Origin: Bdellovibrio sp. | GTDB taxonomy: Bacteria > Bdellovibrionota > Bdellovibrionia > Bdellovibrionales > Bdellovibrionaceae | Direction: 5' to 3' | Assembly (NCBI GenBank): GCA_046318155.1 | Contig: JBKCUU010000058.1 | Span: 1-64,000, forward strand | DNA length: 64,000 nucleotides | Part shown: in pieces, positions 39,142 through 48,413 of the stretch | Layout of the letters: the number at the start of each line of letters is the position of its first letter | Position numbering within the stretch: position 1 is the stretch's first letter | Notes under the pieces: model-generated | Database searches by the model: none | The model's input: only the letters and a program-made list of their open reading frames with translations | What the model was told of the DNA's origin: nothing | Program-made: the position numbers and the translations under genes

Positions 39142-39567
39142 CTACATATTGCAGATTTCGTGCTTATCAAAAAAGATCGCGATTTCACGTTTAGCTGAGT
39201 CAGGTGAATCAGATCCGTGAACTGCGTTTTCGCCCATGCTATCGCCGTGTTTGGCGCGGATTGTGCCGGCATTTGCTTTTTTTGGATCTGTCGCGCCCAT
39301 GAGTTCACGGTTTTTCAAAACCGCGTTTTCACCAACAAGGGCCATCAATAAGACGGGTCCAGACGTCATGAAAGTCACCAATTCACCAAAAAAGGGACGC
39401 TCTTTGTGTTCAGCATAGAACAATTCACATTTGTCTTTTGAAAGGTAACCGAGCTTTGCCGCGGCGACTTTCAAACCATTTGTTTCAAAGTGATTGATGA
39501 TATCACCCATGACGCCTTTTTTAACTGCGTTGGGTTTGATAATTGAAAAAGTCATTTCCTTAGCCAT
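39142..39567 (-). CDS. ndk: Nucleoside diphosphate kinase
   Basis: [28 protein letters not shown]. Confidence 0.97.
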   Translation of the reverse strand: MAKEMTFSIIKPNAVKKGVMGDIINHFETNGLKVAAAKLGYLSKDKCELFYAEHKERPFFGELVTFMTSGPVLLMALVGENAVLKNRELMGATDPKKANAGTIRAKHGDSMGENAVHGSDSPDSAKREIAIFFDKHEICNM

Positions 39568-39605
39568 TTTGTGCTCCCTTGCCCCTGAGGGCGTTTTTCT
39601 ATTCT

Positions 39606-40481
39606 CTATTTTAAGAGTGACTTTAAAGTTTTGCCCATGTCTGCAGGTGAACGAGAAATCGTCACACCCGCTGCTTGAAGCGCCGCAAACTTGGCTTCTG
39701 CTGTTCCTTTGCCGCCACTGATAATTGCGCCGGCATGGCCCATGCGTTTTCCTGGAGGTGCTGAGGCGCCTGCAATAAAAGCCGCGATTGGCTTTTTAAA
39801 ATTGGATTTAATCCATTCTGCAGCATCTTCTTCTGCGGACCCACCAATTTCACCAATCATGATGACGCCATCGGTATCGGGATCTTTTTGAAAGAGGTCC
39901 AAAACTTCGATGAAGCTCGTGCCATTCACAGGGTCTCCGCCGATGCCGACGCAGGTTGATTGCCCAAGACCCAATTGAGTCAACTGGTGAACCGCCTCGT
40001 AAGTCAAAGTTCCAGACTTGGACACAACACCAATACGCCCGGGTTTGTGAATCGCACCGGGCATAATACCGATTTTACACTGACCAGGAGTTATGACACC
40101 AGGGCAGTTGGGGCCGATCAGCCGAGTGCGCCGCCCTTTCATGAAGGCCTTAACGCGAACCATGTCGAGAACTGGAATCCCTTCGGTGATGCAAATGACA
40201 AGGTCCAAATCAGCATCAACGGCTTCCATAATTGAATCGGCGGCAAAAGGCGGTGGAACAAAAACCATCGACACATTGGCGCCGGTTTTGTGTTTGGCCT
40301 CTTTAACCCCATTAAAAACCGGAAGATTCAGGTGAGTGGTTCCACCCTTGCCTGGAGTGACGCCGCCGACAAAATTGCTGCCGTAGGCGATACTTTGCTC
40401 GGTGTGAAAAGAGCCTTGAGCTCCGGTGATCCCCTGAGTGATAACGCGGGTATGTTTGTTAATCAGAATGGCCATACTCAT
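39606..40481 (-). CDS. sucD: Succinyl-CoA synthetase alpha subunit
   Basis: [27 protein letters not shown]. Confidence 0.97.
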   Translation of the reverse strand: MSMAILINKHTRVITQGITGAQGSFHTEQSIAYGSNFVGGVTPGKGGTTHLNLPVFNGVKEAKHKTGANVSMVFVPPPFAADSIMEAVDADLDLVICITEGIPVLDMVRVKAFMKGRRTRLIGPNCPGVITPGQCKIGIMPGAIHKPGRIGVVSKSGTLTYEAVHQLTQLGLGQSTCVGIGGDPVNGTSFIEVLDLFQKDPDTDGVIMIGEIGGSAEEDAAEWIKSNFKKPIAAFIAGASAPPGKRMGHAGAIISGGKGTAEAKFAALQAAGVTISRSPADMGKTLKSLLK

Positions 40482-41644
40482 TTCCCCTTTATGGCAGCGA
40501 CGACTTTTTGAGCTGCATCGGCCAAATCATCAGCCGGCGTAATGTTGAGCCCGCTCTCGCGCAGCATTTTTTTTCCAAGATCTACGTTCGTACCTTCAAG
40601 GCGAACAACGAGTGGAACCCGCAGACCCACTTCTTTCGATGCCGAAATCACGCCATCCGCAATGATGTCGCACTTCATGATTCCACCAAAGATATTGACG
40701 AGAATCGCCTTGACGTTGGGATCCTTCAAAATAATTTTAAAAGCCGCCGTCACCTTTTCTTTATTCGCCCCGCCGCCGACATCCAAAAAGTTTGCGGGCA
40801 TGGCGCCATTGAGCTTGATGATGTCGAGTGTCGCCATGGCAAGACCAGCCCCATTGACGAGGCAGCCGATGTTTCCATCGAGCTTGATAAAGGCAAGATC
40901 ATATTTTGAAGCTTCGATTTCGGTGGGCTCTTCTTCAGTCAGATCGCGGTACTCGACGATATCTTTTTGGCGAAAGAGAGCGTTCGAATCAAAGTTCATT
41001 TTTGCATCAAGAGCAAGAAGGTCGCCCTCTTTCGTGAGAACAACGGGGTTGATCTCGGCGATCGAGCAATCTTTTTCGACAAAAGCCTTGTAGGTGGCTT
41101 GCATGAAGACAACCGCCTTATTCAAGCTTTCCATTGGAATGCCGATAGCAAAAGCAAGTTCGCGAGCTTGAAAGGCAGCCAAACCGACAGAAGGGTCGAT
41201 ATCGACTTTTCGGATCGCGTCTGGATTGTGGGCGGCCACTTCCTCGATGTCCATCCCGCCTTCGCTTGAGGCCATCATGGTCACTCGTCCTGTTTGACGG
41301 TCGATGAGAACGGCGAGGTAGTATTCTTTGGCAATATTGCAGCCTTGCTCGATATAGACCTTTTGAACTGCTTTGCCTTCGGGGCCGGTCTGATGAGTGA
41401 TCAACTGCATGCCAATAATTTTGGTGGCATAGTCACGAACTTCATCCAACGTTTTTGCGACCTTCACGCCGCCGCCTTTGCCGCGTCCACCGGCATGAAT
41501 TTGGGCTTTGACGACCCAGACGTGTCCACCGATGTTTTGTGCGGCCCTGACAGCCTCTTCCGGCGAAGTTGCTGTTTGACCTTTAAGCGTCGGAACACCA
41601 AAGCGGCGAAGGACTTCCTTCGCCTGATACTCATGAATATTCAT
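40478..41644 (-). CDS. sucC: Succinyl-CoA synthetase beta subunit
   Basis: [38 protein letters not shown]. Confidence 0.97.
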   Translation of the reverse strand: MNIHEYQAKEVLRRFGVPTLKGQTATSPEEAVRAAQNIGGHVWVVKAQIHAGGRGKGGGVKVAKTLDEVRDYATKIIGMQLITHQTGPEGKAVQKVYIEQGCNIAKEYYLAVLIDRQTGRVTMMASSEGGMDIEEVAAHNPDAIRKVDIDPSVGLAAFQARELAFAIGIPMESLNKAVVFMQATYKAFVEKDCSIAEINPVVLTKEGDLLALDAKMNFDSNALFRQKDIVEYRDLTEEEPTEIEASKYDLAFIKLDGNIGCLVNGAGLAMATLDIIKLNGAMPANFLDVGGGANKEKVTAAFKIILKDPNVKAILVNIFGGIMKCDIIADGVISASKEVGLRVPLVVRLEGTNVDLGKKMLRESGLNITPADDLADAAQKVVAAIKGK

Positions 41645-41681
41645 TTTTTGCCTTTCGGATAGATCACTTTAGAATTTTTAA

Positions 41682-42626
41682 CTATGCAGGAACGTTTGCA
41701 AGGCCATCAACCAACGCCTTGACAGCGATGACAGATTTATCAAACTCAGCTTGCTCATCCGCATTCAGTTTAAATTGAACGATGCCTTCCATTCCTTTTC
41801 CGCCGAGCTTGCAGACAACGCCTACAAACAGACCTTTCACGCCGTACTCACCGTTGAGTTCAACCGCGCAAGGGATCATGCGTTTTTGGTCTTTCAAAAT
41901 AGCCTCGGCCATTTCAACCGCGCCCGCAGAAGGAGCGTAATAAGCGGATCCTGTTTTCAACAAGCCACCAATTTCGGCGCCAGCTGATTTTGTGCGGGCA
42001 ACGATTGCGTTGATTTTATCTGCGCTCAAAAGCTCCACCAAAGGAACGCCGCCAACAGTTGACAAGCGGGGGAGTGGAACCATCGCATCACCGTGGTTGC
42101 CGATGACGATGCCGGTCACATCTTTCACCGATACTTTGAGTTCGTCGGCGATAAAGGTGCGGAAGCGAGAGGCATCGAGTGCGCCGCCCATACCGATCAC
42201 GCGCTCACGGGGAAAACTCAGGCATTTTTTTGCGTAAACGGCCATGGCATCCATCGGATTACAAACAACGATAACAATCGAATTGGGCGCGTATTTTTTA
42301 ATTCCGTCGCAGCAGTCTTTAACAATTTTGGCGTTGATGCCAACAAGCTCATCTCGGCTCATACCAGGCTTACGAGGCATTCCCGCCGTCAAAATAACAA
42401 CATCAGAATCAGCGATGTCTTTATAATCATTTGTTCCCGTGACGTTTGAGTCAAATTTGTAAACAGGACCCGCTTGAAGTAAATCCAAAGCTTTTCCCTT
42501 GGCGGCGCCATCGTTGATGTCTAAAACGACAACATCTCCAAGCTCTTTTGAGGCGGCCCAGTGAGCACAAGTTGAGCCGACAAATCCGGCACCGATGACA
42601 GCGATTTTCTTTCGTTTATGTGACAT
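41682..42626 (-). CDS. mdh: Malate dehydrogenase (LDH-like type)
   Basis: GAGFVG, TAGMPRKPGMSRDEL, LDASR, GNHGD. Start set to ATG 42626. Confidence 0.95.
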   Translation of the reverse strand: MSHKRKKIAVIGAGFVGSTCAHWAASKELGDVVVLDINDGAAKGKALDLLQAGPVYKFDSNVTGTNDYKDIADSDVVILTAGMPRKPGMSRDELVGINAKIVKDCCDGIKKYAPNSIVIVVCNPMDAMAVYAKKCLSFPRERVIGMGGALDASRFRTFIADELKVSVKDVTGIVIGNHGDAMVPLPRLSTVGGVPLVELLSADKINAIVARTKSAGAEIGGLLKTGSAYYAPSAGAVEMAEAILKDQKRMIPCAVELNGEYGVKGLFVGVVCKLGGKGMEGIVQFKLNADEQAEFDKSVIAVKALVDGLANVPA

Positions 42627-42752
42627 GACTTCTCCCGAGTTGTGCACCTCTGGTGCGACGGTATAAAACTGCTTGCGTTAGCGGCGATATTCAAACTTAA
42701 ATCATAGACTTAGACAAGTCATGGTCCCGAATTCGCAAAAGAGGCATAGAGC

Positions 42753-43511
42753 GTGGCGTTACCAGCCCTTCAGCTAAAATCAGTGGCCTACCGATTTGAA
42801 GCTGAGCTAGTCCTCGAGACTGTGGATGTGACTGTGGAGAGCGGGGAAAGAATCGCCATCGTCGGACCAAGTGGGCAGGGAAAGTCGACTTTGCTTAAGA
42901 TTATGGCTGGTCTTCTGAAGGTTGGTCAGGGCCATGTTGAAATCGAAGGGCAAGATTTCAATAAACTTTCCCACGAGCATCGACAAAAGCTGCGATGCCG
43001 AATGGGAATGCTCTTCCAAAAGAATGCGCTGTTCGATTCCTTTTTGGTGGGTGAAAACATTGCTTTTCCTTTGCGCGAGGTGACAAACTCACCAGAGCAA
43101 GAGATCCAGAAACTCGTGGTTAAAGGACTAGAATCTGTCGGGATTCTTCATGCAAAGGATCTTTTTCCTGACGAGATGAGTGGCGGAATGCAAAAGCGAC
43201 TGGGAATCGCCCGAGCTCAGGCGTTAAATCCTGATTTCTTGTTTTATGATGATCCCACGGCAGGTCTTGATCCAATTACGAGCCGCAAAATTATTGATCT
43301 CATTATTTCACTTCAAGAGAAAAAAACGGCCACGATTTTTGTTGTCACGAACGAAATTCCACGCGCGTTTCAACTCGGTCACCGGGTTTGGTACGTGGGC
43401 GACAAACGCGTCGTAGATCTGGGTACTCCCGAGCGCGCGCGCCAAACGCAAGATCCAAGGATACGTGCCTTCTTAAGAGGCGAAGCCCTGGGCGCCGAGG
43501 CTCTTGCATGA
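42753..43511 (+). CDS. ABC ATPase, MlaF/Mkl type (copy 1)
   Basis: GPSGQGKST, FQKNALFDS, SGGMQKRLGIARA, YDDPTAGLDPI. Confidence 0.88.
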   Translation: MALPALQLKSVAYRFEAELVLETVDVTVESGERIAIVGPSGQGKSTLLKIMAGLLKVGQGHVEIEGQDFNKLSHEHRQKLRCRMGMLFQKNALFDSFLVGENIAFPLREVTNSPEQEIQKLVVKGLESVGILHAKDLFPDEMSGGMQKRLGIARAQALNPDFLFYDDPTAGLDPITSRKIIDLIISLQEKKTATIFVVTNEIPRAFQLGHRVWYVGDKRVVDLGTPERARQTQDPRIRAFLRGEALGAEALA

Positions 43512-44236
43512 TCGAATTCAAAAACCTCATCAAAAAATTTGGCGAACGCACCATCTTTAATGGCATCAGTTTTAGAATTCAAGAAGGAGAAATTCTTTTT
43601 ATCCTTGGAACGTCAGGAACCGGTAAATCGGTTCTCTTCAAGACTCTGGTCGGTCTTATGCAACCTGATAGTGGTGAAATCTGGATCGATGGCGAAGAGA
43701 CATCGAAATACTCGGAGGACGAGTACCTGCGCATTCGCCGTAAAGTTGGAATGGTCTTTCAGCAGCCAGCGTTGTTCGACTCCTTTTCGGTCTTCGATAA
43801 TATCGCGTTTGGACTTCGCAGGCTCGAGAAGCTTCCCGAGATTCGAATCAAAGAGCGAGTCCAAGAAGCGCTCGCGGCCGTTCGTCTTGAACGCATCGAA
43901 GACCGATTCCCCCCGCAGCTTTCTTACGGAATGCAAAAACGCGTTTCATTGGCCCGAACAATTGCGCTCAGGCCACAAGGTTTGCTTTTTGATGAGCCGA
44001 CGACAGGCTTAGATCCCGTGACGACGACAGCCGTGAACAATCTGATCCAAGAGCTTTCACGAAAGCTTAGAACGACTTCGATCGTCGTTTCACACGACGT
44101 GAACTGTGCGCTTTTGATTGCCGACCGAATTATCGTTTTGGATCAAGGAAACATTGTTGATCAAGGGACGCCAGCAGAACTAAAGACGTCGAAAGTTCCC
44201 CTCGTAAAGGATTTTCTAGCTGAGGTGCCCACGTGA
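43508..44236 (+). CDS. ABC ATPase, MlaF/Mkl type (copy 2)
   Basis: GTSGTGKS, ALFDS, LSYGMQKR, FDEPTTGLDP, VSHD; ATG 43508 overlaps the previous stop. Confidence 0.9.
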   Translation: MIEFKNLIKKFGERTIFNGISFRIQEGEILFILGTSGTGKSVLFKTLVGLMQPDSGEIWIDGEETSKYSEDEYLRIRRKVGMVFQQPALFDSFSVFDNIAFGLRRLEKLPEIRIKERVQEALAAVRLERIEDRFPPQLSYGMQKRVSLARTIALRPQGLLFDEPTTGLDPVTTTAVNNLIQELSRKLRTTSIVVSHDVNCALLIADRIIVLDQGNIVDQGTPAELKTSKVPLVKDFLAEVPT

Positions 44237-45012
44237 TAATGGGAGTCATGATCTTGCTTGGCGATATTGGCGGCGGTGTTCTTTTTTTTCGCGAGATTAT
44301 GCGAACCCTCATCTACAAGCCTTGCACTCGGTCTGACTTTTTTGATCAAGTTTGGAAAGTGACGATCCAGAGTTTTTTGACCACCGGAATGGCGGGATTT
44401 TTCGTTGGCGCGATTATGACCGTTCAATTTGCGATGCAAATGAAAGAATTTGGCGCGATGGGTTTTCTGGGCGGCCTTGCAACCTCGGGAACAATCCGAG
44501 AGGTTGGTCCTTTGCTTATCGCCTTCATGCTTTCGGGTAAAGTGGGCGCATTTACGTCAGCAGAATTAGCAACCATGCGAGTGACCGAGCAAATTGATGC
44601 CATCCGGTGCTTGGGTGCAGACCCGTTGCAAGAGATAATACTTCCTCGTTTTTTGGGAATTGTGGTTTCAAGTTTCTTTTTGCTCACGCTAGGACTGACG
44701 ATGTCCATTTTTGGTGGCATGATCATGGGCGCCGCTTTTGCGGGAGTTAACTCTGAAGAGTATCTTCGCCACATTCCCACCATCGTGACCATGCCCTCGA
44801 TCATGAATGGGGTTGTGAAGTGCCTTGTTTTTGCGCTTATTTTGGCGACGATTTGCACTTACAAAGGATACACGGCCGCTAGCGGTGCAAAAGGTGTCGG
44901 GCAAGCGGTGGTCAAAACTGCTGTCGCAAGCATGGTTTGCATCGTCATCGCGGATTGGCTGACGAGCTTCATCAGCGACATTGCCGCTCGAGTCCTCATG
45001 GGGGCGCAATGA
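44233..45012 (+). CDS. MlaE/YrbE family permease (copy 1)
   Basis: REVGPLL, AELATMRVTEQIDA, GAKGVGQAV. Confidence 0.92.
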   Translation: MIMGVMILLGDIGGGVLFFREIMRTLIYKPCTRSDFFDQVWKVTIQSFLTTGMAGFFVGAIMTVQFAMQMKEFGAMGFLGGLATSGTIREVGPLLIAFMLSGKVGAFTSAELATMRVTEQIDAIRCLGADPLQEIILPRFLGIVVSSFFLLTLGLTMSIFGGMIMGAAFAGVNSEEYLRHIPTIVTMPSIMNGVVKCLVFALILATICTYKGYTAASGAKGVGQAVVKTAVASMVCIVIADWLTSFISDIAARVLMGAQ

Positions 45013-45791
45013 CGGCCGCTCTCGAAAAACTGGGCGCAGGACTGACCCTCGGAACAAAAGCCCTGATCGAGTTTTTTTTGCTCGTCGCCGAAACTTTGAG
45101 CGAACTTCTGCGTCCGCCGATTCGTGCTAAGGATTGGCTTAAGCAGTTGCATTTTGTTGCCAATCAAAGTCTGCCAATTGTCTTATTCTGCGTTTGTTTC
45201 GCTGCAATGGTCACCATTCTCGAGAGTTCGTTTCATATGAAAATGGTGATTCAGAACGACTCGATGGTGCCTGGTTTTGCTGCCATGTTGATTTTACGTG
45301 AGCTCGGTGCCGTCGTCACAGCGCTTTTGCTAACATCAAGGGTTGGCGCGGGGATAACGGCCGAAATTGGGACGATGAAAATAACCGAGCAAATTGATGC
45401 GTTACAAATGTTGGGCATTCGGCCCGTTCAATATCTTGTTGTCCCAAGACTGATCGCGTGCGTTTTGGGCGCCACAATCCTGACCTTGCTTGCAAATCTC
45501 GTTTGTCTTTGGGTCGCTCAACTTGTGAGCGAGTATTATCTTGGAGTCACATCCGGACTGTTCGTAACCGCCCTGAGACTATTCATTACGTTTCAAGATC
45601 TGCTTTTTTCGGGGATAAAGGGTGCCTGCTTTGGTTTTGTGATTCCGCTCGTGAGTTGCTATTTTGGTTTGAGATGTCAGTCCGGAGCTGAGGGGGTTGG
45701 TGCAGCTACAACGAGGAGTGTCGTAACCTCATCGGTGGCGATCATAGTCATCGACTTTCTGCTCTCTTTTCTGTTTTCATTTTTATATTAG
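45009..45791 (+). CDS. MlaE/YrbE family permease (copy 2)
   Basis: RELGAVV, AEIGTMKITEQIDAL, GAEGVGAATT; ATG 45009. Confidence 0.92.
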   Translation: MTAALEKLGAGLTLGTKALIEFFLLVAETLSELLRPPIRAKDWLKQLHFVANQSLPIVLFCVCFAAMVTILESSFHMKMVIQNDSMVPGFAAMLILRELGAVVTALLLTSRVGAGITAEIGTMKITEQIDALQMLGIRPVQYLVVPRLIACVLGATILTLLANLVCLWVAQLVSEYYLGVTSGLFVTALRLFITFQDLLFSGIKGACFGFVIPLVSCYFGLRCQSGAEGVGAATTRSVVTSSVAIIVIDFLLSFLFSFLY

Positions 45792-45835
45792 ACCCGCATT
45801 CTTGATGAGGAGTCGCGTGCCCGGTTGGAGGATTC

Positions 45836-46612
45836 TTGAAAAATGAAGCAAAGGTCGGACTGCTCTTTATTGTCGCGATTGTTGGAGTCGCAGCGTTTGC
45901 TTATTTTCTGGGAATTCTGAACCCCTTCTCAAACGCAAAGACACTCAACATCATGTACAACTTCGCTGGCGGCATCGAAGAAGGTTCCCCAGTTCGAGTC
46001 ATGGGCATTAAAGTCGGCAAAGTTCGAAAAATTGAATTCACGCCGGATTACAAAAGTCCCGCAGGCGAAGAGGTGAAATTAAAAGTGGTGATCGATGTCG
46101 ACAAGAAGGCATGGACGAGCATTCGCCAGGATTCGAAGTACTTTATCAATTTGGCGGGGGTGATCGGCGAAAAGTTTTTAGAAATTTCGCCCGGCAGTCT
46201 GGATTCTGGAGAACTCAACGCTGACGATTTCGTGCGCGGGGAGGATCCGCCTCGGATTGATCAACTCATCTCGCAAAGTTACGGCTTGGCCGGTAAAGTT
46301 ATCGAAATGGTTCAAAAAAACGAAGGCAAAGTCTCAAACATGATTGAGCAAATGGACAAGTTGGTCACGAATGTGAACAAGACCTTGGTTTTGCTAGATA
46401 AAACATCTAAAAACGAAGACGTTTCAAGGCTGGTCGACAACGCCATCAAGATTAGTGACGACATGGCCTACCTCACGGGCCAACTTCGGACTAAAAAAGC
46501 GGAAGAGACCTATGTGCTTGTTCATAAGCTCTTGTTCCGACTTGAAAATTTGGATGGCCCGGCCATTAAGAAGTTTCTTCAAGAAGAAGGCATCAAGGCC
46601 AAATTGTTCTAA
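45836..46612 (+). CDS. MCE/MlaD family protein with helical extension
   Basis: EAKVGL TM helix, GIEEGSPVRVMGIKVGKV, GVIGEKFLEISPG; TTG start behind GGAGG. Confidence 0.9.
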   Translation: MKNEAKVGLLFIVAIVGVAAFAYFLGILNPFSNAKTLNIMYNFAGGIEEGSPVRVMGIKVGKVRKIEFTPDYKSPAGEEVKLKVVIDVDKKAWTSIRQDSKYFINLAGVIGEKFLEISPGSLDSGELNADDFVRGEDPPRIDQLISQSYGLAGKVIEMVQKNEGKVSNMIEQMDKLVTNVNKTLVLLDKTSKNEDVSRLVDNAIKISDDMAYLTGQLRTKKAEETYVLVHKLLFRLENLDGPAIKKFLQEEGIKAKLF

Positions 46613-46690
46613 TCAAGCCCGTCCGCCAGCCTCAAAGCATTCAGCGTGCGGGCTCGAGCATTTCTCGCCTCAAAACAGAGCTCTAAAAAC

Positions 46691-46719
46691 AAAAAACCCC
46701 GGGATTACTCCCAGGGTTT
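46691..46719 (-). terminator. Intrinsic terminator downstream of the Lys-rich micro-gene
   Basis: Minus strand AAACCCUGGGA-GUAA-UCCCGGGGUUUUUU (GNRA loop, U-tract). Confidence 0.8.
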
Positions 46720-46745
46720 AAGTTACCGAAATCGGTACAGCGAAC

Positions 46746-46817
46746 TTATTTCTTTTTAGTCGCCTTTTTCTTAGTAGCTTTCTTAGCTGCTTTTTTAGTC
46801 GCTTTCTTCTTAGCCAT
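46746..46817 (-). CDS. 23-aa Lys/Ala/Thr-rich histone-H1-like peptide MAKKKATKKAAKKATKKKATKKK
   Basis: Own translation, below the ORF-track cutoff. ATG 46817, TAA 46746-46748, SD AGGAGG just upstream, terminator downstream. Confidence 0.8.
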   Translation of the reverse strand: MAKKKATKKAAKKATKKKATKKK

Positions 46818-46867
46818 TAGTTCCTCCTAGTTAAAAGTTTTCCATGGCATGGTTTCTTCTTGAGTTA

Positions 46868-46896
46868 AGTGTTCCCAACCTGACGAATCTCGTCAA
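46868..46896 (-). promoter_or_regulatory. Candidate sigma70-type promoter of the micro-gene, overlapped by an inverted repeat
   Basis: Minus strand TTGACG-N17-AACACT; palindrome TGACGA-N3-TCGTCA at 46881-46895. Confidence 0.4.
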
Positions 46897-46954
46897 TAGG
46901 AAATATTCTAGTTGCGCCATTTTTTGCACCTCTTTTCTTCATGGAGGTCTTTCA

Positions 46955-47698
46955 ATGGCCACGTGGATGCTACTTTCAATAATCGGAACCTTGTCCGGAC
47001 ATCATTTCTGCAACCACGCACACACTCTTCGCGTGATTTCATCGCAGACTTTAGCGCGTGTTCAACTTTTTATCGTGCCAACGGTCGTTTGCTTGTCTTT
47101 TTGGGCACGCGAGAACCTCTTTCGCGCGTTTCTTTTTCTGATTTTTCTGATTTTTTCGCCGCCATTTTTGATGTGGATGAATCACATCACACGTCGCAAA
47201 CGCTTTGCTAGCTTGCATCTCCCGTTCACTGATGAACTTCTTCTCAAAATGAGATCAGGAAAATCCTTGCGCGAAGGACTTCGAGAACTGAGCCACCAAA
47301 AAAACTTTCAAGTTTCAAGGGATTTAACGGAATTGTCCCCCCTTTTAGTCATGCAAGGACAAAATTCGGAGATGCATTTGCTTCCCGAAGCACAAGAGTT
47401 ATTAAAAGAACTCCTGAAATGGGACCGTACACAGGTCAAAACGATCGAAAAACTCAAAGCATACCGATTTCAGATCCGCCAAGTCGAAAAGTTCCGTCAA
47501 AAGTCGAGGCAAGTGACCGAACAAGTGAAGGCACAGGCCATCTTGTGCGCGGTTTTGTATCTTTCTCTACTGATTTGGACGGGAATTCGCAGTCCCAGCG
47601 ATCTTTTTTCTGGTGCGGTGATGATTTCAATTGGTCTTTTTTTCTGCGGCCTCTGTGCCCTTGTTTGGGTTGGAAGGAGTTTTAAATGGAAAACGTGA
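46955..47698 (+). CDS. TadB-like (T2SS F family) pilus platform protein
   Basis: TM helices, then RRKRF...PFTDELLLKMRSGKSL...RQKSRQVTEQVKAQAIL, then two TM helices; SD GGAGGT before ATG 46955. Confidence 0.68.
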   Translation: MATWMLLSIIGTLSGHHFCNHAHTLRVISSQTLARVQLFIVPTVVCLSFWARENLFRAFLFLIFLIFSPPFLMWMNHITRRKRFASLHLPFTDELLLKMRSGKSLREGLRELSHQKNFQVSRDLTELSPLLVMQGQNSEMHLLPEAQELLKELLKWDRTQVKTIEKLKAYRFQIRQVEKFRQKSRQVTEQVKAQAILCAVLYLSLLIWTGIRSPSDLFSGAVMISIGLFFCGLCALVWVGRSFKWKT

Positions 47699-48117
47699 CG
47701 CCGACGATGCGCCTTTTGCAGAGCGTGCGCTACTCAATGGAAGGCGGAGAGTCCGTCAGGCAAGGGCTCGTGGCGTACTTGCAGCTTTCTCCAGATGCGC
47801 TCTCGCCGCTGGTTCGGCAGTGGTTGCATCTTTTTGAGCGCGGTGCCTCTACGCATGCATTTTTGGGGGAGATTCAGAGTCCGGTGCGGCGTCATTTGCT
47901 TTTGTTGCTCGAAAAAGGCCTTCTCGGCGAACCTATTCTGCAAAGTTTAACCAGCTTCGCCGAAGAGGTTCAGGAGCAAAGTATTGCAGAAATCGAACTT
48001 TTCTTAGCGCAGCTGCCATTTCGCATGTTGCTCCCGCTGCTGTTTTTTCTGTTTCCCGCCTTTTTATTGCTTTTGCTTGGTCCTCTCTTGCTGAGGGTGG
48101 TCGCGGGTCTTGGCTGA
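47686..48117 (+). CDS. Short TadC-like (T2SS F family) protein
   Basis: C-terminal RMLLPLLFFLFPAFLLLLLGP resembles the TadC end; follows the tadB-like gene. Confidence 0.6.
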   Translation: MENVTPTMRLLQSVRYSMEGGESVRQGLVAYLQLSPDALSPLVRQWLHLFERGASTHAFLGEIQSPVRRHLLLLLEKGLLGEPILQSLTSFAEEVQEQSIAEIELFLAQLPFRMLLPLLFFLFPAFLLLLLGPLLLRVVAGLG

Positions 48118-48123
48118 AAGGCC

Positions 48124-48152
48124 TTGAACGACCCCTAACCCAAGGATAAATT
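48124..48152 (+). promoter_or_regulatory. Candidate sigma70 promoter of the hyp-CBS-CGL operon
   Basis: TTGAAC-N17-TAAATT. Confidence 0.45.
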
Positions 48153-48200
48153 GCCTGTAATCATGCTCTGAGGGAGCGCTTCCAGCGGGGGGACACGACA

Positions 48201-48413
48201 ATGAAAAATCAATTAACGCCGGATGAGTACGCTCAACTGGTTGATGAGCTGATGAAAGACGAGCCCAATCAAAAAGTGATTCGTCAATTAATGCAAAAAC
48301 AGGGGCTTCCATACTCAAATGACCCCATTCTTCAAATGAGCACGATCCTGAAATCAATGGATCAAACGCTCGGCAGCGCAAATTCAAAAGTAAAGGAACC
48401 AAATTTGGTATGA
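48201..48413 (+). CDS. Small hypothetical protein (70 aa)
   Basis: G-rich SD; ATGA overlap with the next gene. Confidence 0.6.
   Translation: MKNQLTPDEYAQLVDELMKDEPNQKVIRQLMQKQGLPYSNDPILQMSTILKSMDQTLGSANSKVKEPNLV

Noticed and set aside
48167..48240. TCTGAGGGAGCGCT upstream of the CBS operon resembles the start of an SAH riboswitch
   Set aside because: The following UGC and CAGGCUC elements are missing and the leader is short; an Infernal search would be needed to revive it
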